This document shows positions 1 to 10,120 of a stretch of DNA of 64,000 nucleotides, in pieces. The DNA comes from an uncultured virus (IMG/VR IMGVR_UViG_3300014004_000001) (lineage: Duplodnaviria > Heunggongvirae > Uroviricota > Caudoviricetes). The translations under genes were made by a program, and so were the position numbers. The stretch covers positions 62,001 through 126,000 of IMG/VR virus record IMGVR_UViG_3300014004_000001; one strand, 5' to 3'. The stretch's first letter is position 1, and every line of letters starts with the position of its first letter. Under the pieces are notes generated by a model. That model made no database searches. It had not been told where the DNA came from and saw only the letters and a program-made list of their open reading frames with translations.

Positions 1-1
1 T

Positions 2-556
2 TATCTGACGTGGAGTAGATATTTGGTTTGTGTTACTTGAACCTAAACTCCCAACAGTATTTTGTCCTGATCCGTAGAGAACTCCTGTTGTCATCAACCA
101 CAACGTGTTATTGTAACCCCCTTTGACTTCTTTCAAGTTGGCTAAGGTGATTGTTCCTGTAATTGAAGATGGGAAACTTGTCCAAGAAGTCGCACAAACA
201 TCTGATCCTCCTGCGGCATTTGCACCTACCAAACCTGCTGTCAGTCCTGCGTATTGCCATCCACCGTTTTGTAGTTTAATAACGAAGCAACGATCTGCTG
301 TAAACACATCCGAAGCTACCGTTGAAGCCAGGTAGAAGCTATTGAAACGAGAGCTACGCGTTCCATCTGCGATCTCCCCAAAAAGGTTGGCACCTTGCGT
401 GAACAGTCGCCCATCGTTGAGCAAAAGGGCCAGACTGCTGTTAGAATTTCCCGCGTTATCTGGGTAATCTAAAGTTATTACTTTCTTGACAATCCCTGCT
501 GGAAGTGGTATTACTCCAGCATCTGTCATAATCATCATTACTGGGATTGGAAACAT
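2..556 (-). CDS. RCC1/BLIP-II-like beta-propeller repeat protein, probable fibre-tip protein (runs off the window)
   Basis: Not in ORF track; read by hand. GGAGG RBS, ATG at 556, MFPIPVMMIM...; RCC1-like repeats LLLNDGRLFTQGANLFGEIADGT and LMTTGVLYGSGQNTVGSLGSSNT; open to the window edge. Confidence 0.75.
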   Translation of the reverse strand, partial: MFPIPVMMIMTDAGVIPLPAGIVKKVITLDYPDNAGNSNSSLALLLNDGRLFTQGANLFGEIADGTRSSRFNSFYLASTVASDVFTADRCFVIKLQNGGWQYAGLTAGLVGANAAGGSDVCATSWTSFPSSITGTITLANLKEVKGGYNNTLWLMTTGVLYGSGQNTVGSLGSSNTNQISTPRQI

Positions 557-569
557 TGTTATCCTCCAT

Positions 570-595
570 AAAAGAAAAGCCCCTTGCGGGGCTTC
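570..595 (-). terminator. Intrinsic terminator
   Basis: AAGCCCC-GCAA-GGGGCTT then TTCTTTT after the fibre gene stop. Confidence 0.8.
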
Positions 596-597
596 TG

Positions 598-2643
598 TTA
601 TCGTGTTACAACAACCATGTCCACGATATCGCCCACACCACAATACGTTAACTGAAGGATTGTTACAGCAGATGCTGCTGTGCCTACTTCCGTATCGTTA
701 AGTGCTCCATAAGACGCATCCAGCGTCACGGTGTGTCCCGTTGTGTCTTGCAAAAGGTAAATCATTGCAGAGAAAGCTTTCGGTTTTGTGGTTCCTGTTA
801 CTCCAGGCCATGCTCCGATCGTCAATGCGTCTGTAACGTTCACCACGTACATGTTGGTGGCCCCAGAAGGAGTCCAAGCCGTTCCTGAACTTGCTACATT
901 AGTTGTTTCCAACTCGATGTAACCTGCGCTGACTTTCGTTGGTGCAATCTCTTGGGTAGGATCGCTGCCACTGATTTCGATCCAATCTCCATCAGAACGT
1001 CCATAGGTTAAACCATCTTCAGGAGCTTCAGGAATGCTTGGAAGTGTACCAACTTGCGTCCAAACAGTAGCAGCGGTTTTCTTAAAGACAGCCCCTGTTG
1101 CAGTGTTGAAAGCGTAGTCGTCAATAACACCTTCGGCATTGGTTGGGTTGGTTGCAGCTACAAACCATTGCGCCCCGTCCTTACCATCTGTTCCATCAAC
1201 CCCTGGTGTACCATTAGTTCCATCTGTTCCGTCAGTACCTGCTGGACCTGGATCACCCTTATCTCCTTTGTCACCTTTATCGCCTTTTATACTACCCATA
1301 TCAACAAAAGAGGCGGTGTTCGTATCTTTGTCGTAAGTGTAAATATAAAGGTTACTGGTATCTTCTGTCAGATAAGCGTCACCATAGTTGTTGTAGGTTG
1401 GTAGTGCAGAACCGTTTGGTACGTGACCTTTAGCAGTAATGGATGTTCCACCAAGACTACCCACGTTCATCCAGTCTGTAGCACCTTCTACCCAAACATA
1501 AAGGTTGTTGTCGATAATGTAAGCATCACCAACTTCACCTGTTTCTGGGAGTTGAGATTCATCAGACAGAACGTCTAAGATTTCCAAGCCAGAGCCTGTT
1601 GCACCTACTGGGCCTTGTGGACCTACTTCACCTTGATTTCCTTGTTCACCTTGAATCCCTTGATCGCCTTTCTCGCCTTTGATCGCTGCGATAAAATCTA
1701 CTTCCGTCCCTGTATTACCGATATCTAACCAAGATTGGTAAGCAGATTTCCCTTCATCGCCATCTGTTCCATCCAGACCGTCAGTACCTGCTTCACCCTG
1801 CGGACCTTGTGGACCAACAATGTTACCCATGTTCACCCAATCTTCACCGTTGGAAACATAAAGATATCCGGCGATAGAATAAGCTTGGCTTACGTTATTT
1901 GGGTTGGCTGCTGGTAAGTTGGCAGTAGATTCCAGATCTCCACGATAATCAAAACCATTCGCATTAAGACCTGCTGCCCCTTGTGGGCCTTGTGGACCAA
2001 CATCCCCTCGATCTCCTTTCAGAGATGCCAGATAGTCGTAAATTGTACCAGTATTCCCTGCTGACAACCACACTTGATACGCCGACTTCCCTTCTGGACC
2101 CAGAGAAGAAATCATTTTCCAAGTTGCGCCGTCCCAAGCGTAAATTGCGTCTCCGACAATCCAACCATCTCCTAAAGCATTACCTGTTGTAGGTAACTGG
2201 TTAATGTTGTTCAAAGAGCCTTTAATATTTAATTGTGCGCCAGTGTCACCTTTAAGAGACGCTAACCACTGTTGTTCTGTGCCTACGAAACCATTATCCA
2301 GAGCAATCTGGTAGGCTGATTTCCCAGCTTCAGGGATTTGAGAAGAGATGTTATTGATCTCTTGCTGCATTATTGCAAAACGGGCATTAATTACTGCGAT
2401 ATCATCAGCAGTGCCTACGCTCTCCCATCCAGTGGAGTTAATGCCGCCTGTGCTTGCCGGAGTAGAGTTCTCAGGAACAACTTTCGGAAAAGCACCTTTC
2501 CATTTATAATAGTTACCGTCATCATCTAAAAGCAGAACTTCACGGGCATTACGTAAAGTAAATCCCGCTGCAAAGCTTCGACGTTTACGGTACGTAGCTT
2601 CGACCATATCTGCAATCGAGCTATTCGGTCTTGTTAAAAGCAT
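598..2643 (-). CDS. Collagen-like tail fibre
   Basis: Gly-X-Y runs; three GKSAYQxxLxxGxxGT...(L/I)xx(L/I)KG repeats; four G...LP...(LY/IY)...W knob repeats; N-terminal tailspike-attachment-like domain. Confidence 0.85.
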   Translation of the reverse strand: MLLTRPNSSIADMVEATYRKRRSFAAGFTLRNAREVLLLDDDGNYYKWKGAFPKVVPENSTPASTGGINSTGWESVGTADDIAVINARFAIMQQEINNISSQIPEAGKSAYQIALDNGFVGTEQQWLASLKGDTGAQLNIKGSLNNINQLPTTGNALGDGWIVGDAIYAWDGATWKMISSLGPEGKSAYQVWLSAGNTGTIYDYLASLKGDRGDVGPQGPQGAAGLNANGFDYRGDLESTANLPAANPNNVSQAYSIAGYLYVSNGEDWVNMGNIVGPQGPQGEAGTDGLDGTDGDEGKSAYQSWLDIGNTGTEVDFIAAIKGEKGDQGIQGEQGNQGEVGPQGPVGATGSGLEILDVLSDESQLPETGEVGDAYIIDNNLYVWVEGATDWMNVGSLGGTSITAKGHVPNGSALPTYNNYGDAYLTEDTSNLYIYTYDKDTNTASFVDMGSIKGDKGDKGDKGDPGPAGTDGTDGTNGTPGVDGTDGKDGAQWFVAATNPTNAEGVIDDYAFNTATGAVFKKTAATVWTQVGTLPSIPEAPEDGLTYGRSDGDWIEISGSDPTQEIAPTKVSAGYIELETTNVASSGTAWTPSGATNMYVVNVTDALTIGAWPGVTGTTKPKAFSAMIYLLQDTTGHTVTLDASYGALNDTEVGTAASAVTILQLTYCGVGDIVDMVVVTR

Positions 2644-2684
2644 TTATTTACTCCTGATTAATCATTCATTTATCGTTGGGAGTT

Positions 2685-2707
2685 AAAAAGGGGGACAAGC
2701 CCCCTTT
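2685..2707 (-). terminator. Intrinsic terminator
   Basis: AAAGGGGG-CTTGT-CCCCCTTT + TT. Confidence 0.8.
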
Positions 2708-2710
2708 CAC

Positions 2711-5700
2711 TTATGTCGTCGGAGTATCAATCACCGGAGTAGGACGAATTACCGCAGTGTTACCAACCGCAACGTTGCTTGCGCTATTAGGAATAGTTGT
2801 GATACGTACTCCTGCTGCTGTCGCTGTTTGGATAGGATCTGCAATATCCACCTTCACTGGGTTGGTCCAAGTATCGTTATCCTGATAAGGGGCACGAGTG
2901 ATTACTGTGTCCAAATCAGATCCGCCTGGACCCGCACCTGGGATACGGATACGTGTACCTGCTGACAGTGGGTAATGATATAACCAAGAAGCATTTGTCG
3001 CTGTACCGTTAGGTGTCAGGTTCTGCACAATCGATTTATCACCAACATTTGTCGCTCGGATACCGAAGGCTGGAATGTCTGGGATGTACGCACCACTTGT
3101 AGTTACAAGGAAGAACGTGTTATCTGCTTTAACGATAATATCTCCTTTATCGAACTCTTTCCCTGTTGGGAAGTGCATCCCGTCAATGTTACGACCTGGG
3201 ATTGCTTCGATGTAGTAAGATTTACCAGTAGAGCCTACCAGAGCACCAATACCACCTGCGATGTTCGTATACATGTTCGCTTCAACGTTACAGTTGATAC
3301 GATGTATATCCGAGTAACGGCAACGGCTCCATTGAGGACGACCAGTTACCATTGTGTTTCCATTTGGATAGCAGTTTACGTTCACCATCTCCAGTACGGA
3401 CTTCTCTCTACGGAAGAAACCATCGTAGAAAGTACCTGGACCAGATTCAGGCTGACCCACACACTCGAAAGAGTTACAAGTGATGTTTGCCATTGACAAC
3501 CAAGAAGCGATACCAAATAATTGCAGAGCGTTACAACGGATGTTATCGAAGCTAACACGGTTCTCAAAACCTGGACCCGCTGATACGCCAGCGAACACAC
3601 GCCCTGTGGCGGTATGAACGTTACGTACCGAGTAGTTGAAGCAAGGGTTTGATGGACGACCCTGTGCAGGAACAACAGGTTTACCATCCTCACCTAAAAC
3701 TGCGTTCGTACCCCATTCCAGATAGATCATACGGATTGCACTTGGCAACGTGTTGTCATCTGTAACAGGCTCACCATAAACACCATCGATCGTGAAATCT
3801 TTACAGCCGTACATTACAACAGCACCAGTTGCCAGACCTGTACCAACAGAAACTGTTTGGTCAGGATCACCGTGGATGTTCTGGATAGAAATGTTACGAC
3901 CAACTTCTACGTGAACAATCTGGCGGCAACGTTTCGCAAATACGTTACGGATTGTAATGTTCTTACAATACTGCGTATCTGGAATGTCATAGCCGTATGG
4001 ACCTTTACCTGCTACACCGATACCGATACCCCAGTTAGAAAGAGGAATTGGTGCGTTAGTTCCGTCGATGTGAGACAAGTAGATGTTCTCAATAACACAA
4101 CCTTCATCGTAATGCTTGTTGATTACGTTCAGTTCGATTGCATCACCCTGCATATCCATAAACGTCAAGTTACGGAAGACACCGCGACTAACTGGTTCGC
4201 CAGTACCTTGTTGAAGGATACCGTAAAGTCCGTTTTTAAACGTACAGTTGTCAATCTCAAAAGTACCTGGAATTGGGTTGCCCTGGAATACCAAGCTACC
4301 AACCTGTCCTGGACGAGGTGCACCGTCCCACAAGCAGTCATAGATACGCACATCGCCACCCCAGTACATTACACGGGAGTTGCGGAAAGTTGTACCTTCC
4401 ACTTTACAGTTTTGTAGACGGTAGTCACGTTGTCCACGGAAGACACCACCAAGGAGGGTGATCCCAGTAATATCAAAAGAACTTGTAGTGAAGGTCATAT
4501 CACAACCATAAGCATTCAGGATCTTGCTTTTGGTTGCTGCTGTTGCCACGAGAGCCGCCTGGAAAGCTGCTTCTGGAGTAGCGTACACTGCACTGTTTGC
4601 AAACTCGGACAGGTAGACAACATCAAACAGATCATCAAACTTACCACCGTGTGGAGTTAACAGACCTTCTGTGTTTGTCAGTACCCAAGCATTCGGACCT
4701 ACGCCGCCAGAGGAGGCAAGGGTGTCACTCGCAGAGAGAGTTTTTGGCAAAGTGCCAGCCCAACGGTAACGACCTGCACCCATACCAATCGTCTGGTGTT
4801 TAAGTGTCAGGGTAACTTCATTACCGAAGCTGGTAGGCAGGTGTACATATTGCTGACGTTCAACTGCTAATGCTGCCAAGTCAACAGTACCAGAAGAGTG
4901 GGTAAGAACACCAGTATCTGATAAGCTAACAAATGTCCCAGTTAAACCAGGTGGCAGGGTGTAAGCTATTTGGTTAGTGGCATCATACAGGGCTTTCAGA
5001 CCTACTAAAGCTTGTCCTGATTTTGCGTAAGCCACTTCATAATTCAGGAAACCGTATTTACGAGCGATTGTCTGAAGAGGAACAGCGTTCATATCTTCGG
5101 TCAATGTTTCGGTAGTTGTTTCCAGGTTAGAAATTCGGTTTTCGAGGTTAGGATCGTTTTCCGCGCTTGCCACAATCTTACCGATGTAAGCAAACAACTG
5201 ATTAGGTAATCCGGTAGCAGGATCGTGGCCCAGTGGTTCGGACAAGATGATCTGACTGTTCTCGATACGGAATGCATCACCCACAATCTGGATAACGCCG
5301 TTGATAGTTACGATTGCACTATCGAACACGTAAGGAGGACTGATTACTTTCTCATAACCTGTTGCAGAGGTATACAACCAAGGAATAACTTCACTTGGGA
5401 GTTGTTCAGTCTGCATTCCCCACAGCACCCAGTTATTGTCCCCGACTGGAGTCCCTTGCATTGGGATAGGGTTCACCAGTGTTGCTGCTGGAGCGTAGTA
5501 GTATCCACTCAAGATTCCGTTCTGATAGAAGCGGAGTTGGTTGAATACGGTTTCATTAGTCCCTTGCGCCCACGCAATAGGACTTTTGAAGTAAAAGTTA
5601 TCAACCAAAGCTTTACGTAAAGTCGGAATCAATCCTGATTCCGTATCAATACTTTCTGTTGCGCTTCCGTTGATGATATCATGTATCTGGTTAGAAGAGA

Positions 5701-5761
5701 AGATTACCAGATCTACGCCCTGTTCCAGGGACGTAGCGGGATATGTTGGGAATAGTGTCAT
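2711..5761 (-). CDS. Tailspike, WcaM-like colanic acid depolymerase (colanidase)
   Basis: Beta-helix segment MQGDAIELNV...NWGIGIGVAG...CRQIVHVEVG...YGCKDFTIDGV matches recalled WcaM motifs (GDAIEWNV, NWGIGIGLAG, CRQLVHVENG, YGCDNFVID); N-terminal virion-anchor domains. Confidence 0.85.
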   Translation of the reverse strand: MTLFPTYPATSLEQGVDLVIFSSNQIHDIINGSATESIDTESGLIPTLRKALVDNFYFKSPIAWAQGTNETVFNQLRFYQNGILSGYYYAPAATLVNPIPMQGTPVGDNNWVLWGMQTEQLPSEVIPWLYTSATGYEKVISPPYVFDSAIVTINGVIQIVGDAFRIENSQIILSEPLGHDPATGLPNQLFAYIGKIVASAENDPNLENRISNLETTTETLTEDMNAVPLQTIARKYGFLNYEVAYAKSGQALVGLKALYDATNQIAYTLPPGLTGTFVSLSDTGVLTHSSGTVDLAALAVERQQYVHLPTSFGNEVTLTLKHQTIGMGAGRYRWAGTLPKTLSASDTLASSGGVGPNAWVLTNTEGLLTPHGGKFDDLFDVVYLSEFANSAVYATPEAAFQAALVATAATKSKILNAYGCDMTFTTSSFDITGITLLGGVFRGQRDYRLQNCKVEGTTFRNSRVMYWGGDVRIYDCLWDGAPRPGQVGSLVFQGNPIPGTFEIDNCTFKNGLYGILQQGTGEPVSRGVFRNLTFMDMQGDAIELNVINKHYDEGCVIENIYLSHIDGTNAPIPLSNWGIGIGVAGKGPYGYDIPDTQYCKNITIRNVFAKRCRQIVHVEVGRNISIQNIHGDPDQTVSVGTGLATGAVVMYGCKDFTIDGVYGEPVTDDNTLPSAIRMIYLEWGTNAVLGEDGKPVVPAQGRPSNPCFNYSVRNVHTATGRVFAGVSAGPGFENRVSFDNIRCNALQLFGIASWLSMANITCNSFECVGQPESGPGTFYDGFFRREKSVLEMVNVNCYPNGNTMVTGRPQWSRCRYSDIHRINCNVEANMYTNIAGGIGALVGSTGKSYYIEAIPGRNIDGMHFPTGKEFDKGDIIVKADNTFFLVTTSGAYIPDIPAFGIRATNVGDKSIVQNLTPNGTATNASWLYHYPLSAGTRIRIPGAGPGGSDLDTVITRAPYQDNDTWTNPVKVDIADPIQTATAAGVRITTIPNSASNVAVGNTAVIRPTPVIDTPTT

Positions 5762-5767
5762 TTATAA

Positions 5768-6103
5768 TTAACCCTTACTCTGTGTACGTTTAGTAATATC
5801 CTCTAACATCATCTGGATCGTTGCATTCTTGAGGTCCATGATTTTTTCAATCTTCTGCTCAAGAGTCGTATTGTTCGCCAGTAATGTAGAGTTAATCTGA
5901 TTCAGCATTTGAGTAAGTTCAGCTTTCGTTGCGTAAGTGGATTCGACGAAAACAAGTTTCTTTTCCAACTCACGGGCCTTGTCTTCGACCTTCTCCAAAT
6001 CAACACCAAACTTATCTATTTTTTGTTTAAACAGAAACCAGATTAAACCGATTAGAGGGATGATTGCATCCTTAGCAAGACCCCATACTTCTTGAAATTC
6101 CAT
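5768..6103 (-). CDS. Membrane protein with one TM helix and coiled coil; holin/antiholin candidate
   Basis: AIIPLIGLIWFLF followed by a coiled coil. Confidence 0.55.
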   Translation of the reverse strand: MEFQEVWGLAKDAIIPLIGLIWFLFKQKIDKFGVDLEKVEDKARELEKKLVFVESTYATKAELTQMLNQINSTLLANNTTLEQKIEKIMDLKNATIQMMLEDITKRTQSKG

Positions 6104-6114
6104 ATTTGCATCCC

Positions 6115-6660
6115 TTATTTTGTTGGTAGGGTAGGCCAGTTAACCTCGTAAGGATATCCCTCTTGAAGAGGCACACGGTTCAATTCCACAACATAAACTT
6201 GGAGTTGCTTCAGTTCCGCAAGTTCTTCGGGTGTCGCTATCTCAAGATCTTTTGCATATTGCAAAGGCGTGATAAGGGCAACGGCTGCTTCTTGCTTATT
6301 CTTTATTTCAGCAGAAACCTTGACAATCATTTGTTCACGACTGTACTCTTTATCTTTCAGTGTAAGAGTTTCTAAGTCTAAAACCTTGTCACGGATATCT
6401 TCGAAACTTGTAATCTCAAAATCGACTTGTGCAAGAGACATGTTTTCGGGACACAACAGAGTAGGATCTGTGTTCCAAAAAACTATACGGTTCTGATCGT
6501 CAAACACAACTTTCATTCTGTCGTTTTTTAACAGACCATCGCGTAATTCATACCAATCAAAACCCTGGTCGCAAAGTAGGAACAAAATGTTCTCTACTTC
6601 TACGAGTTCTCTTAGGGCGGGATCTTCTGGGATATACTTCTTAAAATTAGTGTAGAGCAT
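6115..6660 (-). CDS. Tail fibre assembly chaperone (Tfa-like)
   Basis: N-terminal DQGFDWYE and C-terminal PLQYAKDLEIATPEE...LNRV...WPTLP; directly follows the fibre gene. Confidence 0.85.
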   Translation of the reverse strand: MLYTNFKKYIPEDPALRELVEVENILFLLCDQGFDWYELRDGLLKNDRMKVVFDDQNRIVFWNTDPTLLCPENMSLAQVDFEITSFEDIRDKVLDLETLTLKDKEYSREQMIVKVSAEIKNKQEAAVALITPLQYAKDLEIATPEELAELKQLQVYVVELNRVPLQEGYPYEVNWPTLPTK

Positions 6661-7722
6661 TTAGCCTCCAATATCGTACCAGTTTCCGTTCACGTTTCGC
6701 TGGAGACGTTTGAAGTAAACACCACCAATGTTATCCGCAGAACTACGGCCTGTTTCCTGGACAATAATACCAGAAAGAACATAGCCGGAAGAACAAACAT
6801 ATGTCCAAGACACTTCGTTACCTGGTGGGTAATATACGCCTTGGCTGGTATAACGTATGTCACGAACAAAATTACCATTCGCATAGTTATAGTTGTTACT
6901 GATCTGGTTTTGCAAGTTACTGTTCACGCTGTCAATACGTGAGTTCAAGTTATTGTTAACGCTGTTCAGGTTGTTTTGAACAGAGTTAATATTCGTTTGC
7001 AAGGTGTTCTGTAAAGAGCTTAAACGTGAGTTCAAGTAATCTAAACGAACCAGAGCATTACCGTTCCCAGTATCTTGTCCACTATTAGATCGTGGATTAT
7101 CAATCAGAACATAACCGCCATCATATAAACGCACTGCACAGGATACGTTACCACTGGTAGGGTTCCTGCGGTATATATAAAGATGACCGCCATTGTTGTA
7201 CTCGGAAGAAATCTCTCCGTTAGTTTGCCCTGCAAAGTTTTTAAAGAATATTGTAGCAGGATCTGAAGTAGCTGTACCGTTTACGTAAACATCTCCAGCA
7301 TAAATAGCGCCGCCGCCGTCACGTTTAACCAATACATTAGGGGTTACTGTGGTGCTTGTTGCATCTGTGATGTTAGAGGATAAGTGGTTGTGACTGTTGT
7401 CTACAACTTGAATAGAAAGCGTTACTGCTGCATTCCCGTTCCAGGTTACTTCGCCTGTTGCATCCCCTGCCATTGTTATCTTAGTACCAACCAGAGGAAG
7501 ATATGTATTTGGTAATGTTGGAAGGAATTCATCAACCAAGTAACGAATCCATAGTCCGTTATTGTTGAGTATCCAGTTCATTTCTTCACATGTCATGATT
7601 TGACCATAATCCATACCCACGGTACGAATGATTTCTTTAGGTCGAATCTTGTTCATGTTTTGTGTTCCTGGGAGGGTAACTGTTTCTACAGCCCAATCAG
7701 GATAGTAAATTGGCTTCGCCAT
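6661..7722 (-). CDS. Short tail fibre
   Basis: N-terminal YPDWA...EEMNWILN baseplate anchor, DNSHNH motif, Asn-rich coiled coil, C-terminal ...ADNIGGVYFKRLQRNVNGNWYDIGG. Confidence 0.8.
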   Translation of the reverse strand: MAKPIYYPDWAVETVTLPGTQNMNKIRPKEIIRTVGMDYGQIMTCEEMNWILNNNGLWIRYLVDEFLPTLPNTYLPLVGTKITMAGDATGEVTWNGNAAVTLSIQVVDNSHNHLSSNITDATSTTVTPNVLVKRDGGGAIYAGDVYVNGTATSDPATIFFKNFAGQTNGEISSEYNNGGHLYIYRRNPTSGNVSCAVRLYDGGYVLIDNPRSNSGQDTGNGNALVRLDYLNSRLSSLQNTLQTNINSVQNNLNSVNNNLNSRIDSVNSNLQNQISNNYNYANGNFVRDIRYTSQGVYYPPGNEVSWTYVCSSGYVLSGIIVQETGRSSADNIGGVYFKRLQRNVNGNWYDIGG

Positions 7723-7731
7723 TGGAACTCC

Positions 7732-8361
7732 TTAATCGATTTGTTTCAGAAGCATACACATGCGTCCAGTTTCATCCCCTGTAGATTCCAAGTACAAGGA
7801 ACCCAAACCACCAATACCGTGAGGATCTTTGGTAGCGTAATAAGAGGTGAATCCAAAAGCTGATCCGGCTTTAGCTCCCAGTCGGTAGTTGCTTATAATT
7901 GGGAACACACTTAAAAGTTGCTCAAGAGCTTGATCAGACTGAAGACACAAGTTATAAAAGAACACATCAAAGGATTTATTCAACCCAACATATGTGTTAA
8001 TTGTATCTCGTTTTGTACCTGTGAAACGGGCGAAGATATCAATAATGTCCCCACGAGTCCCCGAAGAGGCAACACGATAAGCCCTGATTTTTAAAATTGT
8101 GCGGTACTCTTCATCATCAGAACCATTTCGTTCAATACCCATCTCTTCACCAAGGAGATCAAGATAATCCCCTGTGGCTGTAGATATTAAACGGTGTTTA
8201 GCAAGATAGATCATTGCCTGATCTATCTTTTGCTTTTCACTTGATACGATGTAGAGGAGCTTGACAATGTTAGGGGAAGATTTAAAATCTTCAATCAACA
8301 GATCTTTAACGTCTTCATTGATATTCTCCCAAGTCGTTACATGGTCAACACTCACTGCCAT
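7732..8361 (-). CDS. Baseplate wedge protein (DUF2612/gpI-like)
   Basis: ATGDYLDLLGEEMGIER...DDEEYRTILK motif; follows baseplate J. Confidence 0.75.
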   Translation of the reverse strand: MAVSVDHVTTWENINEDVKDLLIEDFKSSPNIVKLLYIVSSEKQKIDQAMIYLAKHRLISTATGDYLDLLGEEMGIERNGSDDEEYRTILKIRAYRVASSGTRGDIIDIFARFTGTKRDTINTYVGLNKSFDVFFYNLCLQSDQALEQLLSVFPIISNYRLGAKAGSAFGFTSYYATKDPHGIGGLGSLYLESTGDETGRMCMLLKQID

Positions 8362-8363
8362 TT

Positions 8364-9851
8364 TTAGACTCCATACTCGTAGGAAATGTTATCAAGGTCG
8401 AAAGACGGGACAATATTGTAGGCAGGAACAATGTTTCCTTCTGTATATTTACTGTCGTCTTCATTATTAAGTTTAACATAAACACGGAGAGAAGTCAAGC
8501 GCCCAAAAGCAAGTGCTGCATAAATAACGCCTTTAATCTGGTCGTTAGTTACAGAAGAACCCAATTCGAAGTAGGCTTGCAGGTTATCCAGTGCTTCAAC
8601 AATGTTTTCTTTCTCTGTTCCGCTTAACGTTGTACCGTTGATTGTCTGGTATACAAGTTTCAAGGAGTACGTTGCAGTAGCACCAGGAGAGAAGCGGATA
8701 ATCTCTTGTCCACCATCTTCCGTCATGACAGTAATGTTAGTTGTGCCATAAGTCAAGGTATTGATTGGTTTAGTGTCGTAAATTACTTTAGCAACTTCTT
8801 CGGCACTCCCACCGTACACGATTGTCTGGAAACTCATTGCAGGTGCATGTTCCTGATCGTGGATTGTTGGGTTGTCGTAAATCTTAACCTTGGTTACGCC
8901 GTCAGTCTGCAACAAAGCTTTAATGATAGCCGCGCGTGTACCTGCGTTTGCTTCATCAAGGTTATCGTTGAAACGTGAGCGGAACTCTGCATCTGTCTCT
9001 ACATCTCGTCCTGAAGAGAAAGCATAAAAGTTACCAGAATCAAGGTAGCCTGTGAAGGTTGAAGAGATTCCAGAAATGGATTCCACACCTACCGGATTGT
9101 ACCCTGCTTCTGATCCTACCACCGGAACTTCACTCCACTTCGTCCCAACAGGAACAGAAGCGTAGAATTTTATTGGTGTTACCAAACCAACAGGTTCTAC
9201 ATCTCCCGCTGCTGCGAAGCCAACGTAAACGTTACTTGCGTCTGTATGGATTAAATCACGATCCGTAGTGGAGAGGTTGTCTCGAATAAAGTTTGCAAGA
9301 TCTGTAATGAATGTCGAAGAGGCTGGCGAGAGTACACGACTATTCAAACCACCATCATTTGCACTTTGTGCGTAGAAAGTTATGTTAGCCACTCCTGTAG
9401 CTGTTGCATTCGCACGCGAGATTTGATATGCTGCTATCTTAGCATTCAACATGGTAGGTGCGCTGACATAATAGTTCATATCGTTGTCTGCATTAAAATA
9501 CGTATCCGTGCCAAGTTCAAAAGTCCAAGGGGCTTTGTTGTTGCTTTTCACATAAGCAAAACCTGAACCAGGTGCAGCGGCTGAACGATAGAAACCACGC
9601 TTGGAGAAGATTTCATCAAGGTAAATACCTTCAGCACCATCCAGTGTCTGGGTGTTATAAACTCCTTGCATTCCTTCCCATAATGTGTAGTCGGTATAAG
9701 CAATAATACGGAACAACTGTCCGAAGACAGTATCCTCTGAAGTCGCTGCATCAGCACCAAAAGTGTTCTTAAGTGCAGTCATATAATTGTTAAGTACATC
9801 ATCGAATGTCGGGATTACAAATCCCGCATCGGTTAAGCCATATTCATCCAT
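8364..9851 (-). CDS. Baseplate J-like wedge protein
   Basis: YGLTDAGFVIP N-terminus, AEGIYLD, GRDVETDAEFRSR. Confidence 0.9.
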   Translation of the reverse strand: MDEYGLTDAGFVIPTFDDVLNNYMTALKNTFGADAATSEDTVFGQLFRIIAYTDYTLWEGMQGVYNTQTLDGAEGIYLDEIFSKRGFYRSAAAPGSGFAYVKSNNKAPWTFELGTDTYFNADNDMNYYVSAPTMLNAKIAAYQISRANATATGVANITFYAQSANDGGLNSRVLSPASSTFITDLANFIRDNLSTTDRDLIHTDASNVYVGFAAAGDVEPVGLVTPIKFYASVPVGTKWSEVPVVGSEAGYNPVGVESISGISSTFTGYLDSGNFYAFSSGRDVETDAEFRSRFNDNLDEANAGTRAAIIKALLQTDGVTKVKIYDNPTIHDQEHAPAMSFQTIVYGGSAEEVAKVIYDTKPINTLTYGTTNITVMTEDGGQEIIRFSPGATATYSLKLVYQTINGTTLSGTEKENIVEALDNLQAYFELGSSVTNDQIKGVIYAALAFGRLTSLRVYVKLNNEDDSKYTEGNIVPAYNIVPSFDLDNISYEYGV

Positions 9852-10120
9852 TACTCATCCTCTTTGTTGTGTTCAGGGGTGGAAGACCTACCCCAGCGCA
9901 GGTCTATTAGATTTTTCATTAGTCGTGAGGGAGTGACCATAAAAACAAAAGCCCAGCCCATCCATTCAGGAATTTCTTTTTCTATTCCTAAAAAGATGAA
10001 CATACCTGTCATTGTCATCATACCTACGGCGTTCCATACTTTAGTGGAACTTACCCCGTTTCCAGGGTAAGTACAAAACATTCCGCGAACAAACTTCTTA
10101 AACCCATTCTCTTTAGGCAT
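9851..10120 (-). CDS. Small two-TM membrane protein (holin candidate)
   Basis: [10 protein letters not shown] followed by two hydrophobic helices and a charged tail. Confidence 0.55.
   Translation of the reverse strand: MPKENGFKKFVRGMFCTYPGNGVSSTKVWNAVGMMTMTGMFIFLGIEKEIPEWMGWAFVFMVTPSRLMKNLIDLRWGRSSTPEHNKEDE

Noticed and set aside
6880..7030. Asn/Gln-rich repeats in the short fibre as a variable tandem repeat or diversity-generating element
   Set aside because: Explained by coiled-coil heptads; no template/variable repeat pair, reverse transcriptase or invertase in the window.
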